Below, piece after piece: positions 1 through 7,229 of a stretch of DNA of 26,477 nucleotides. Origin of the DNA: Bdellovibrionota bacterium FG-2 (lineage in GTDB: Bacteria; Bdellovibrionota; UBA1018); contig JBBCAV010000001.1 of NCBI GenBank assembly GCA_051382305.1, positions 1 through 26,477 of the forward strand. The letters run 5' to 3'. The notes beneath the pieces were generated by a model. It ran no database searches. It saw nothing but the letters and a program-made list of their open reading frames with translations, and had not been told where the DNA came from. Position 1 is the stretch's first letter; each line of letters starts with the position of its first letter. The translations under genes and the position numbers were made by a program.

Positions 1-289
1 AAACTGCCGTAGAACATCGGACCCAACAGGTCCAGGGTCTTCTGTTGTCCACCGATTCCGACGTTTTTTTGTTTGCGGTGCGTTGGGCTTTTGAAGCCCT
101 AATTCAAGTCAGGTTTGCGAACTGCTGGACCACACCAGGATTCCGGCATACGCTCGGTTAAGCGCCTGAGCTGACTTCGCTTTTTATTAGCTCTGTACAC
201 TGGCTCTTTTGTATGCGAGCATTGTGTTCATGACTCAACCGGCTATTGACAGGGCTTTTCTTCGGCGGATTCAAGTGCGAGAATGCTCA

Positions 290-904
290 ATGAATCGCTC
301 ACTAAGCCGACTTCGTCTTTCACCATCAGGAGGAGATTTAACCCAAGAGGGATTCACGCTTGTTGAACTCATGATCGTCGTCGCAATCATTGGCATCTTG
401 TCTGCCGTGGCGATTCCGAACTACCAGAAGTTTCAATCGAAGGCCCGGCAAACTGAGGCGAAAATTAGTCTTAGTGCCGCGTACACTGCAGAAAGATCAT
501 ACTATAGTGAGCAATCCACCTATACATCGTGTCTAAATATTGCGGGATTTAGTCCTGCAGCCGGGAAGAAATACTATGCTGTTGGATTTTTGGCTACATT
601 TGATGGCACCAACTGTGGGCCTAGTGGCGGCAAAACATGCTTTGGAAATGGAAACTGGGGAGGAACAATATCTACCTGTGCTGATGGGAACGGTGTTAAT
701 TACTTCAATGCCACGGACAAAATGGGTAGTGCAGCCGCTACCGGTGCAGATTTACAAACAGGTGCCTCCCCCAATAGATACGGGAGCACGAGTTCAACCC
801 AGTTTTGGGTTTGGGCAACAGGTAGCATTTCCAGTGGTACCATACGTGACCAATGGTCCATTGATAGCACAAAGGCCTTGATCAACGAGATATCAGGACT
901 GTGA
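290..904 (+). CDS. pilA: Type IVa pilin (complete prepilin, PilA-like)
   Basis: Class III signal [25 protein letters not shown] (G codon 350-352, Glu at +5), then KARQTEAK and four Cys. ATG at 290 gives a basic 21-aa leader and is preferred over the ORF-track start at 209. Major versus minor pilin status is inferred. Confidence 0.9.
   Translation: MNRSLSRLRLSPSGGDLTQEGFTLVELMIVVAIIGILSAVAIPNYQKFQSKARQTEAKISLSAAYTAERSYYSEQSTYTSCLNIAGFSPAAGKKYYAVGFLATFDGTNCGPSGGKTCFGNGNWGGTISTCADGNGVNYFNATDKMGSAAATGADLQTGASPNRYGSTSSTQFWVWATGSISSGTIRDQWSIDSTKALINEISGL
413..462 (+). repeat. Inverted repeat, left copy (pilin [16 protein letters not shown] codons)
   Basis: 46/50 nt identical to the reverse complement of 1415-1464, including a perfect 17-mer CGGCAAACTGAGGCGAA at 446-462 (manual alignment). 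Confidence 0.85.
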
Positions 905-966
905 TTATAGCGGCCCTCTTACGAAAAGAGAAAAGCGGCGTAGAATTTAACTGCCCGACTAGAGGC

Positions 967-1500
967 TTAGATTCCTGACTGAACATTAATCAAGAGTTTA
1001 TCTTGATCCATTGTCCACTGATCACGAGATGAAGTGCTCCCAATAAAGCCCCCTGCTGCTGCTCTAAAATAACCTGTTGAAATCACTCCCTGAACTGCGG
1101 TAGTCGTCGTATCGAGATCGACATTATTGTAGGTCGGAGACGCACCCGAGACTGCTTTATTGCCGTCAAATCTAGACTTGGCTGTCCCAGCCGCCCCACA
1201 AGCAGTGGTGTTTAACGGGTTAAACCCATCAGCATAACAAGGCTGTGTACCGTTACCGCATGAAGAACTTACCACGTTCGAATCAAAACCCACGGTATAA
1301 TATCGATTGCTGCTGGTCTCTACACCAAAACCAACTGCGGGGAGACAAGCTGAAAAAGAACTTTTATCTGAAGAAAACGACTTCTCCGCCGTGTAAAGAC
1401 TTGCCAACGCGACCTTCGCCTCAGTTTGCCGCGCCTTTGCTTGAAACTTCTGATAGTTCGGAATTGCAACAGCTGTCAAAATTCCAATGATCGCGACCAC
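967..1500 (-). pseudogene. 5'-truncated type IVa pilin (silent cassette or pseudogene), reading frame otherwise intact
   Basis: Begins at [29 protein letters not shown]. The upstream in-frame codons read ...RYALKNH, with no GFTLxELM. There are 177 uninterrupted codons, four Cys and a C-terminus (DQWTMDQDKLLINVQSGI) homologous to the first pilin. Confidence 0.8.
1415..1464 (-). repeat. Inverted repeat, right copy
   Basis: Reverse complement of 413-462 with 4 mismatches. The perfect 17-mer lies at 1415-1431. Confidence 0.85.
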
Positions 1501-1537
1501 ATGGTTCTTAAGAGCGTACCTCCCCTGAACTCGACAT

Positions 1538-1915
1538 TCAAGCCACCTTACGCTTGAAATGCTTTTGCAGAATCTCGTGAATCAAACTCTGATAAGGCTT
1601 GCCGCTCCTCAGCGCCTCTTGTTTGAGATCGGAAAGCAGGTGCTGGTCGAGTTTGATGGATATCATCTTGCGAGGGGCATCGCCAAACGGCGGACGACCT
1701 GGACCCACACGTTTCATTGACCTGAGTTGAAAGTCGGTAAGCTCGGGAATCTCTGAAAAATCGGTAACCTCATCGCCCGGCTTTCGTATCGTCACCTTTG
1801 TTCTACGGGCCAGCCGAGATTTTACTTCTTCAAGACCTATCTCCTCCGTAGTAGAGCGCCTTTTCTTTACGGCTGGCCGGCCTCGCTGAGATGATCCGCG
1901 TGATTTCTTGTCCAT
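1538..1915 (-). CDS. brnA: BrnA-family (DUF4415-like) antitoxin
   Basis: DFSEIPELTD, GRPP, and a C-terminal ribbon-helix-helix-like ISIKLDQHLL...GKPYQSLIHEIL. Start uncertain: ATG 1915 (MDKKS), or the in-frame brnT ATG at 1954. Confidence 0.8.
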   Translation of the reverse strand: MDKKSRGSSQRGRPAVKKRRSTTEEIGLEEVKSRLARRTKVTIRKPGDEVTDFSEIPELTDFQLRSMKRVGPGRPPFGDAPRKMISIKLDQHLLSDLKQEALRSGKPYQSLIHEILQKHFKRKVA

Positions 1916-1954
1916 TCTTTGACCTGCTTTGCCCTTATCCCATTCAAAGATCAT
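1830..1954 (-). pseudogene. brnT: brnT toxin remnant with internal deletion and frameshift
   Basis: The N-terminus MIFEWDKGKA is in one frame and the C-terminus RSKNGQEITRIISARPASRKEKALYYGGDRS* (TGA 1832-1830) is in another. Only 125 nt remain in total. Confidence 0.8.
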
Positions 1955-1970
1955 TTATGCACTCGATTAA

Positions 1971-1978
1971 GTATATAC
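1971..1978. promoter_or_regulatory. GTATATAC palindrome overlapping a TATACT -10-like box upstream of brnT; possible TA operator
   Basis: 8-bp palindrome 16 nt upstream of the brnT ATG. No convincing -35 box. Confidence 0.3.
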
Positions 1979-2114
1979 CTAATTCAACCCAAAAGGATAG
2001 ACACAAAAATGGCGGGATCGCACATATGCCGTTTAGTCGGGCGCGAAAACCACAATTTAAAGCGGTTTCAGTGACTTGAAATATTCCCGAAAAAGTGTAC
2101 ATTGGAACCTCGCG

Positions 2115-3101
2115 ATGCTGAAAACACTCTTCACCATAATCCTCGCTGTAAACTTCGCCCCCACCGCCCTCGCAGCCCCCGATTCCCAATCCCAAGTCAC
2201 GACAACTCAAATCTTAGCTCTTGATCCCACCCCGGATCCTTCCGTCTTCGAAATGCAGGTAGCCGAAACTGTTCCCGTGGACTCCTTGATCCTCGCAAAA
2301 AGGGACGGCAAAAAAGTTGCGGCATTTAGTGTCCTCGCCATCGGAAAACGGCTTCGGGTAAAGTTAACCCGAGAATACATTACGCCGTTTCCAAAAAAGC
2401 CGTGGGAAGGCGCCGTCAGGCTTCCTGACCAAGTCTCCCGCCTCGAAATTGGCGCAAAAAATTCAAAGATCCAGCCGCTCAGTTCCAGCGAAAACGAAAA
2501 TGCGGGATCCAAAGGAAACTCTTTTTCGGTCATGAATAGAGAGAGGGCTCGCTTTGGCGTGAGCCTCTTTACGTCTCGAAAAATCTCTTCGTTCACCACC
2601 TCAGCCCTGCAGAACCTTGCTAAGGATCCCTATTGGGAGTTCGGCGGCATTCTGGGCTACCAATTCGGGCCCTATTTTCGCCTCTACGGCGGCGCAAGCG
2701 TAAGCCTCGTATCTTCTGCCGAATTAGCGATGACCTGGACGACGTTTCATGGCGGATTCACCGCATTTATTCCGGGCTGGAATCTCTCACCGCTCATCGG
2801 ACTCAATGTCGATTACACGCCTTACTCCTACAAAAGCGCGACGGCGTTGTTTTCTTCGCGGCTTTTGACCCTAAGCACTCCACTCGGTCTGGCTTATCAG
2901 CACCGCTCAGGCATGCATTTTTCGCTGGCCTTCTATCCGCTCCAATGGACTTCGTTTAATTATTCAAGCTCCGACACCTCATTCACCCGCTCTGAAACGC
3001 TCGTCCTAAAAGACATGCCGCTCGTCTTTCAAATCGGCTACTACCTCGGGGTGTCCCGGTCCGGCAACGAGATGCAAAGAGAGTTCATGAAGCACGATTG
3101 A
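2115..3101 (+). CDS. Secreted hypothetical protein, likely C-terminal outer-membrane beta-barrel
   Basis: Signal peptide MLKTLFTIILAVNFAPTALA|A from ATG 2115. Amphipathic Gly/aromatic strands occur in the C-terminal half (FGGILGYQF, LGLAYQH, FQIGYYL). Confidence 0.6.
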   Translation: MLKTLFTIILAVNFAPTALAAPDSQSQVTTTQILALDPTPDPSVFEMQVAETVPVDSLILAKRDGKKVAAFSVLAIGKRLRVKLTREYITPFPKKPWEGAVRLPDQVSRLEIGAKNSKIQPLSSSENENAGSKGNSFSVMNRERARFGVSLFTSRKISSFTTSALQNLAKDPYWEFGGILGYQFGPYFRLYGGASVSLVSSAELAMTWTTFHGGFTAFIPGWNLSPLIGLNVDYTPYSYKSATALFSSRLLTLSTPLGLAYQHRSGMHFSLAFYPLQWTSFNYSSSDTSFTRSETLVLKDMPLVFQIGYYLGVSRSGNEMQREFMKHD

Positions 3102-3256
3102 CCGAATCCGATCAATTCCGAAAACTGGATAGAGGCTCACAGAAGCTTCCATTTTTGAGGTAGCGTTGGGGCTTTGTTTTAAAAGCCGTGCTGAACGTCC
3201 TCGCGCATCATGAAAATATTCATAATTTCAAACACATAAGCGATGACGCACGCGCT

Positions 3257-3278
3257 CCTGTCGCGATACAGGCTTTTT
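3257..3278 (+). terminator. Possible intrinsic terminator
   Basis: CCTGT-cgcgat-ACAGG followed by cTTTTT, downstream of the 2115-3101 gene. The stem is short. Confidence 0.3.
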
Positions 3279-3317
3279 GATTACAATAGTCGGACATTGT
3301 AAGAGATACCCAGGGCT

Positions 3318-3369
3318 TCGTTCTACGATAGAACGATTACACTACAAGAACGTTCTACGGCAGAACGAT
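3318..3369. repeat. Duplicated self-complementary 19-mer
   Basis: CGTTCTACGATAGAACGAT (3319-3337) and CGTTCTACGGCAGAACGAT (3351-3369) are 17/19 identical, and each forms a hairpin. Confidence 0.7.
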
Positions 3370-4698
3370 ATTTCTCACCCACGCCGCCATATAGAGCGGA
3401 AACGACAACAAATCAAAATCGGGCGTCTTAACTCGTGAGGGCGGCTCACTGTTGAGCCGAACGCCCAACGCCTTCTTCTTTTCTCGCAGAAAAAGCGTCA
3501 GAGATTTGAGTCGACCCGTTTTACCGGATTTCACCTCAATAGGGACAATGCGGGCTCCTTGTTGGATTACATAATCAACTTCCGCAGAAGAAGACTTCTG
3601 CTCGCGTGCCCAATAGAAAAGTTCAGGCGGCTCAAACGTGGGAAGCGATGCCAGGAGTTCTTGGCCTACAAATTGCTCGCTGATCATTCCTTGATTCACC
3701 AACGTGAGGTCTTCGATATGTGCGACATCAGAGAAGTCCAACTTAAGTGCTCGCGAAACCAGCCCCACATCAAGATAAAGCGTTTTGAAGAATTTCAGAT
3801 CAGCCTCGGCCCTCAAAGGCACACCGTTACAGGAACTATGATAAACGGGGGTTACCACTCTCGCAAGTCGCAGCAACTCATGTGCCGCCGAGAGATCTCG
3901 GGAGCGTTCATGAGAATCAATTTTAGAGAAGACCGTTTTTCCGCCTATTTTTAGAGGAAGTGTTGCAAACAGTTTTTGCAGTCGCTCCACTTGCACTAAC
4001 GAAGAGTATTTTCCAAAATCCGCCTCAAAGGCAGAAAGCAACGATTGCTGAATTTTCTGCACATCAAGAAGGGATCCGCTCTGCTGCCAACTCAGCACGG
4101 CCTCGGGCATTCCTCCGATGACAAAATACTTTCTAAGATAACCGAGACATTTCTCGTGGATCATGGCGGGAAAAGGCTGCCCCACTTTCCACTCATCGAG
4201 AAACTGGACGATTCGGTCTTCATCTTGTGCAAGCAAAAACTCCCGATACGTCATAGGCCCGAGGTAGGCGAACTCCACTCGTCCCACCGGCATTGAAAAA
4301 TCATGTTTCTTAAGAACAAAATCCAACAATGACCCTGTTGCAATCAGCGCGAGTTGGGGAATTTCTTCATAAAAATATCGTAAGCGCTCCAAAACCTCGG
4401 GGCATGCCTGGACTTCATCTAAAAACAAAAGATCCTGATGGAGGTCAATCTTCTGCTTAAGATGGGTCTCCAAGAGAAGCAAGAGAGTGCCAATCTCCGG
4501 CTCCTTAAAAATCTTGCGCATTTCAGAGGATCTCTCAAAATTAATCGAGATCACTTTCCGAAACGCCTGCTCACCCCACTTTTCAATAAGAGTTGTTTTT
4601 CCTACTTGCCTAGCTCCTCGCAAAATCAGAGGTTTTCGCCCTTTTCCAGGCGATTCGGCTTTCCATTTATTCAAATAGGTGATCAAGCTTCGTTTCAT
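3355..4698 (-). CDS. AAA+ ATPase, AAA_14 + DUF4143 type (COG1373-like)
   Basis: Walker A GARQVGKT, Walker B LLFLDEVQ, ATGS, GGMPE, and a C-terminal nuclease-like EVDY...PIEVKSG. Confidence 0.9.
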   Translation of the reverse strand: MKRSLITYLNKWKAESPGKGRKPLILRGARQVGKTTLIEKWGEQAFRKVISINFERSSEMRKIFKEPEIGTLLLLLETHLKQKIDLHQDLLFLDEVQACPEVLERLRYFYEEIPQLALIATGSLLDFVLKKHDFSMPVGRVEFAYLGPMTYREFLLAQDEDRIVQFLDEWKVGQPFPAMIHEKCLGYLRKYFVIGGMPEAVLSWQQSGSLLDVQKIQQSLLSAFEADFGKYSSLVQVERLQKLFATLPLKIGGKTVFSKIDSHERSRDLSAAHELLRLARVVTPVYHSSCNGVPLRAEADLKFFKTLYLDVGLVSRALKLDFSDVAHIEDLTLVNQGMISEQFVGQELLASLPTFEPPELFYWAREQKSSSAEVDYVIQQGARIVPIEVKSGKTGRLKSLTLFLREKKKALGVRLNSEPPSRVKTPDFDLLSFPLYMAAWVRNIVLP

Positions 4699-4806
4699 AG
4701 TTAGTTAGAACTATGACAAACATGTGGCCAAAAGGAAAGGTTAAATGGACCCAAATATGGTCAAAAAGAAGTGTAATTATAACCCGCTCGATATGTCCCT
4801 TTATTA

Positions 4807-4850
4807 TTGCTCCGTATGTCTTGAATTGCTATCTTTAGCCATATGGCTAA
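4807..4850 (+). promoter_or_regulatory. sigma70-type promoter and palindromic operator of vapBC
   Basis: TTGCTC(4807)-N17-TATCTT(4830) with an extended -10 TG. A perfect 16-bp palindrome TTAGCCATATGGCTAA (4835-4850) spans the ATG. Confidence 0.55.
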
Positions 4851-5055
4851 GACCACGTTAAACATAGATAACGAGACAATAGAGCAGGCAATGAAGGTTA
4901 CCGGGATCCATGAAAAGACTGCTGTTGTAAACTTCGCACTGAGAGAATTGCTTCGAGCCAAAGCTGCGCAACGGCTAATTGCACGAGGAGGAAAAGATCC
5001 GGGTGCATACGTTCCGCCGAGAAAAAGATCAGGAACTGGATCAGGAATTGAGTGA
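4843..5055 (+). CDS. vapB: VapB-family antitoxin
   Basis: KTTLNIDNETIEQAMKVTGIHEKTAVVNFALRELL pattern. Its stop overlaps the start of the PIN gene. Confidence 0.88.
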   Translation: MAKTTLNIDNETIEQAMKVTGIHEKTAVVNFALRELLRAKAAQRLIARGGKDPGAYVPPRKRSGTGSGIE

Positions 5056-5423
5056 TGACTAAGCACGCCGCAGACACTAGGCGCGTGATCGTAGATACAT
5101 CAGTCTGGATCGATCATGAGAAGAAACCTGACCCCATTCTGATTGATTTGCTTCAAACTGACCGCGTGATTATGCACTGGGCAGTTTTGGGGGAGCTTGC
5201 AGTGGGCAACATTCGCAATCGCGACGCTTACTTGAAAGACCTGGACCTCTTTCCTCGGCTAGATGACTTTGATTTTAATCGTGTCGTTGCCTACATCGAA
5301 AAAAACAGACTCTTTGGTAAAGGCCTAAGCCTTGTCGATTGTATTTTACTCAAAGCTGCAGAGGATGAGGGTTTACAGCTCTACTCACGCGACAAAAAAT
5401 TGTCGCCTGCCCCAATTAGCTAA
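5052..5423 (+). CDS. vapC: VapC PIN-domain toxin
   Basis: VIVDTSVWID, VLGELAVG, LSLVDC and SRDKKL PIN motifs. An alternative GTG start lies at 5085. Confidence 0.88.
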   Translation: MMTKHAADTRRVIVDTSVWIDHEKKPDPILIDLLQTDRVIMHWAVLGELAVGNIRNRDAYLKDLDLFPRLDDFDFNRVVAYIEKNRLFGKGLSLVDCILLKAAEDEGLQLYSRDKKLSPAPIS

Positions 5424-5450
5424 CTGGGGCACCCGATCTCTAGACCGCCC

Positions 5451-5480
5451 TTGACAATTTTTGTCACCACCCCCTACAAT
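5451..5480 (+). promoter_or_regulatory. sigma70-type promoter of pilBTC operon with overlapping palindrome
   Basis: TTGACA(5451)-N18-TACAAT(5475). TGACAA-TTT-TTGTCA at 5452-5466 overlaps the -35. AAGGA at 5501 precedes ATG 5512. Confidence 0.6.
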
Positions 5481-5511
5481 TAAAGAACGAAGGAACGCAC
5501 AAGGATCGTGC

Positions 5512-7215
5512 ATGTCAAAACAACTCGCTGAACTCCTCCTCAAGGAGCGCATCATCACCTCTCCCCAGTTCACTGAAGCCGCCACCGCAGCTCAGAGCGG
5601 GAAGAGCTATATTCGATTCCTCATCGAAAAAAAGGTGATCTCCGAATCCAAACTCCTTCACTATCTTGGCCAAAAATTTGGAATTCCGAGCCTGAATCTT
5701 TCGAAATTCGAAATCCCGCTGGACGTGATTCGCCTGATTCCACCCGACCTTGCCCGAAAATGCAACATGATCCCCGTCCAGGCGCGCACCGACACGCTGA
5801 TTGTGGCCGTAGCAGACCCGACGTTCTTAAGTAAAGTAGAAGACATTAAATTTCGCACCAAACGAAACGTCGAAGCCGTCCTCACGACATTCTCCGCCTT
5901 TGATGACGCAATGGCAAAACACTACGGGGGCGCCTCGTTTGTCGGGGCCGCGCTCGAGAATATTCGAAAAGACCTCAAAAAATCGGCTGACGAGGGCGTC
6001 CAAATTGAACTCGTTCAAGTCCACGATATTGACCCCGGCACCACCGAAGATGACATGCCCGTCATCTCGCTCGTCAACGGAATTTTAAGCGAAGCCATTC
6101 GTCGCATGGCGAGCGACATTCACGTCGAGCCCTACGAAAAACGCTTTCGGGTCCGCATGCGCGTCGATGGCACCCTGGTAGAAGTGGTCCAAATCCCTGC
6201 TGAAATGAAACGCGCCGTGGTGGCACGCTTGAAAATCATGTCTCGCATGGACATCGCCGAATCCCGCGTACCACAAGATGGCCGCATTAAACTCAAAAGT
6301 GGTGGAACCGAAATCGATTTTCGCGTGAGCTCCATGCCGACTCTTTTTGGCGAAAAAATTGTGCTTCGTATGCTCAATCAAAGCGGCCTACAACTGGATC
6401 TCGCAAAACTAGGCTTTGAACCCGAGCAAATGGCCGCATTTCAAAAAGGCGTGTTCGCGTCAACTGGACTCGTCCTCGTGACAGGACCCACCGGGAGCGG
6501 AAAAACCACAACCCTCTACTCTGCGTTAGCAGCGCTGAATAAAGTCTCAGACAATATCTCAACTGTGGAAGATCCCGTCGAATACAATCTCGAGGGCGTC
6601 AACCAAGTCCAAGTTAACAAAGATGTGGGACTTACTTTTGCGAGCGTTTTGAGAACTCTCTTGCGGCAAGACCCGGACATCATTTTGGTGGGGGAAATTC
6701 GCGATTACGAAACCATGGAAGTCGCCGTGCAGGCGGCGCTCACCGGACACCTGGTACTCTCAACCCTGCACACGAACGATGCGCCGAGCACGCTCATGCG
6801 CCTCATGAACATGGGGTTGGAGCCTTTTTTGGCCGTCGCCTCCATCAATACCATCGTCGCGCAACGCCTGCTCCGTTCCGTGTGCCCGCATTGCAAACAA
6901 GAGTTCCCCATTCCCGCCCAAAAACTTCAGGAGCTCGGTTTCGCGGCTGAGCAAATTTCCCGCATTCGCTCCTACAAAGGCAAAGGCTGCAATCAGTGCG
7001 CCGATAGCGGCTACAAAGGGCGAATCGCAATTTACGAGATTCTCGACTTCTCACCTACCCTAAAAGAGATGCTCTTACGTAGCGAATCCCTCGCAGAGAT
7101 TAAGAAACAGGCCCTCAAAGAGGGTATGAAAACCCTCCGCAGTGCTGCACTCACAAAATTTTCCGAAGGACGCACTTCACTTGAAGAAGCGCTTTCGATG
7201 ACAATGGAAAATTAA
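5512..7215 (+). CDS. pilB: Type IV pilus assembly ATPase PilB
   Basis: ASDIHVEP, RVPQDGR, Walker A GPTGSGKT, LRQDPD, GHLVLSTLH and a CPHC...CNQC Zn motif. Start chosen at ATG 5512 after the SD. Confidence 0.96.
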   Translation: MSKQLAELLLKERIITSPQFTEAATAAQSGKSYIRFLIEKKVISESKLLHYLGQKFGIPSLNLSKFEIPLDVIRLIPPDLARKCNMIPVQARTDTLIVAVADPTFLSKVEDIKFRTKRNVEAVLTTFSAFDDAMAKHYGGASFVGAALENIRKDLKKSADEGVQIELVQVHDIDPGTTEDDMPVISLVNGILSEAIRRMASDIHVEPYEKRFRVRMRVDGTLVEVVQIPAEMKRAVVARLKIMSRMDIAESRVPQDGRIKLKSGGTEIDFRVSSMPTLFGEKIVLRMLNQSGLQLDLAKLGFEPEQMAAFQKGVFASTGLVLVTGPTGSGKTTTLYSALAALNKVSDNISTVEDPVEYNLEGVNQVQVNKDVGLTFASVLRTLLRQDPDIILVGEIRDYETMEVAVQAALTGHLVLSTLHTNDAPSTLMRLMNMGLEPFLAVASINTIVAQRLLRSVCPHCKQEFPIPAQKLQELGFAAEQISRIRSYKGKGCNQCADSGYKGRIAIYEILDFSPTLKEMLLRSESLAEIKKQALKEGMKTLRSAALTKFSEGRTSLEEALSMTMEN

Positions 7216-7229
7216 CAAGGAAACCTAAA

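Noticed and set aside
80-120. Minus-strand GCAAACC...GG...AAAGCC resembling a c-di-GMP-I/GEMM riboswitch
   Set aside because: No GNRA tetraloop, receptor or second stem, and it points away from the pilin.
201-216. sigma54-like TGGC...TGC upstream of the pilin
   Set aside because: GG to GC spacing is 11 nt rather than the strict 10, and the T4 run is too short to argue for slippage.
209-289. ORF-track N-terminal extension of the pilin
   Set aside because: It would give a 48-aa leader, atypical for type IVa pilins. ATG 290 is more plausible.
166-315. Direct repeat CTRAGCYGACTTCG at 166-179 and 302-315
   Set aside because: 12/14 identity in only two copies is compatible with chance.
4-3363. 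12-bp inverted match CTGCCGTAGAAC (4-15) / GTTCTACGGCAG (3352-3363) bracketing the pilin region
   Set aside because: About one 12-mer match is expected by chance in a few kb. It does not extend and no transposase is present.
1538-5423. Integron cassette array or IS/prophage explanation for the accessory block
   Set aside because: Genes alternate in orientation, and I found no repeated attC-like sites, integrase, transposase or phage genes.
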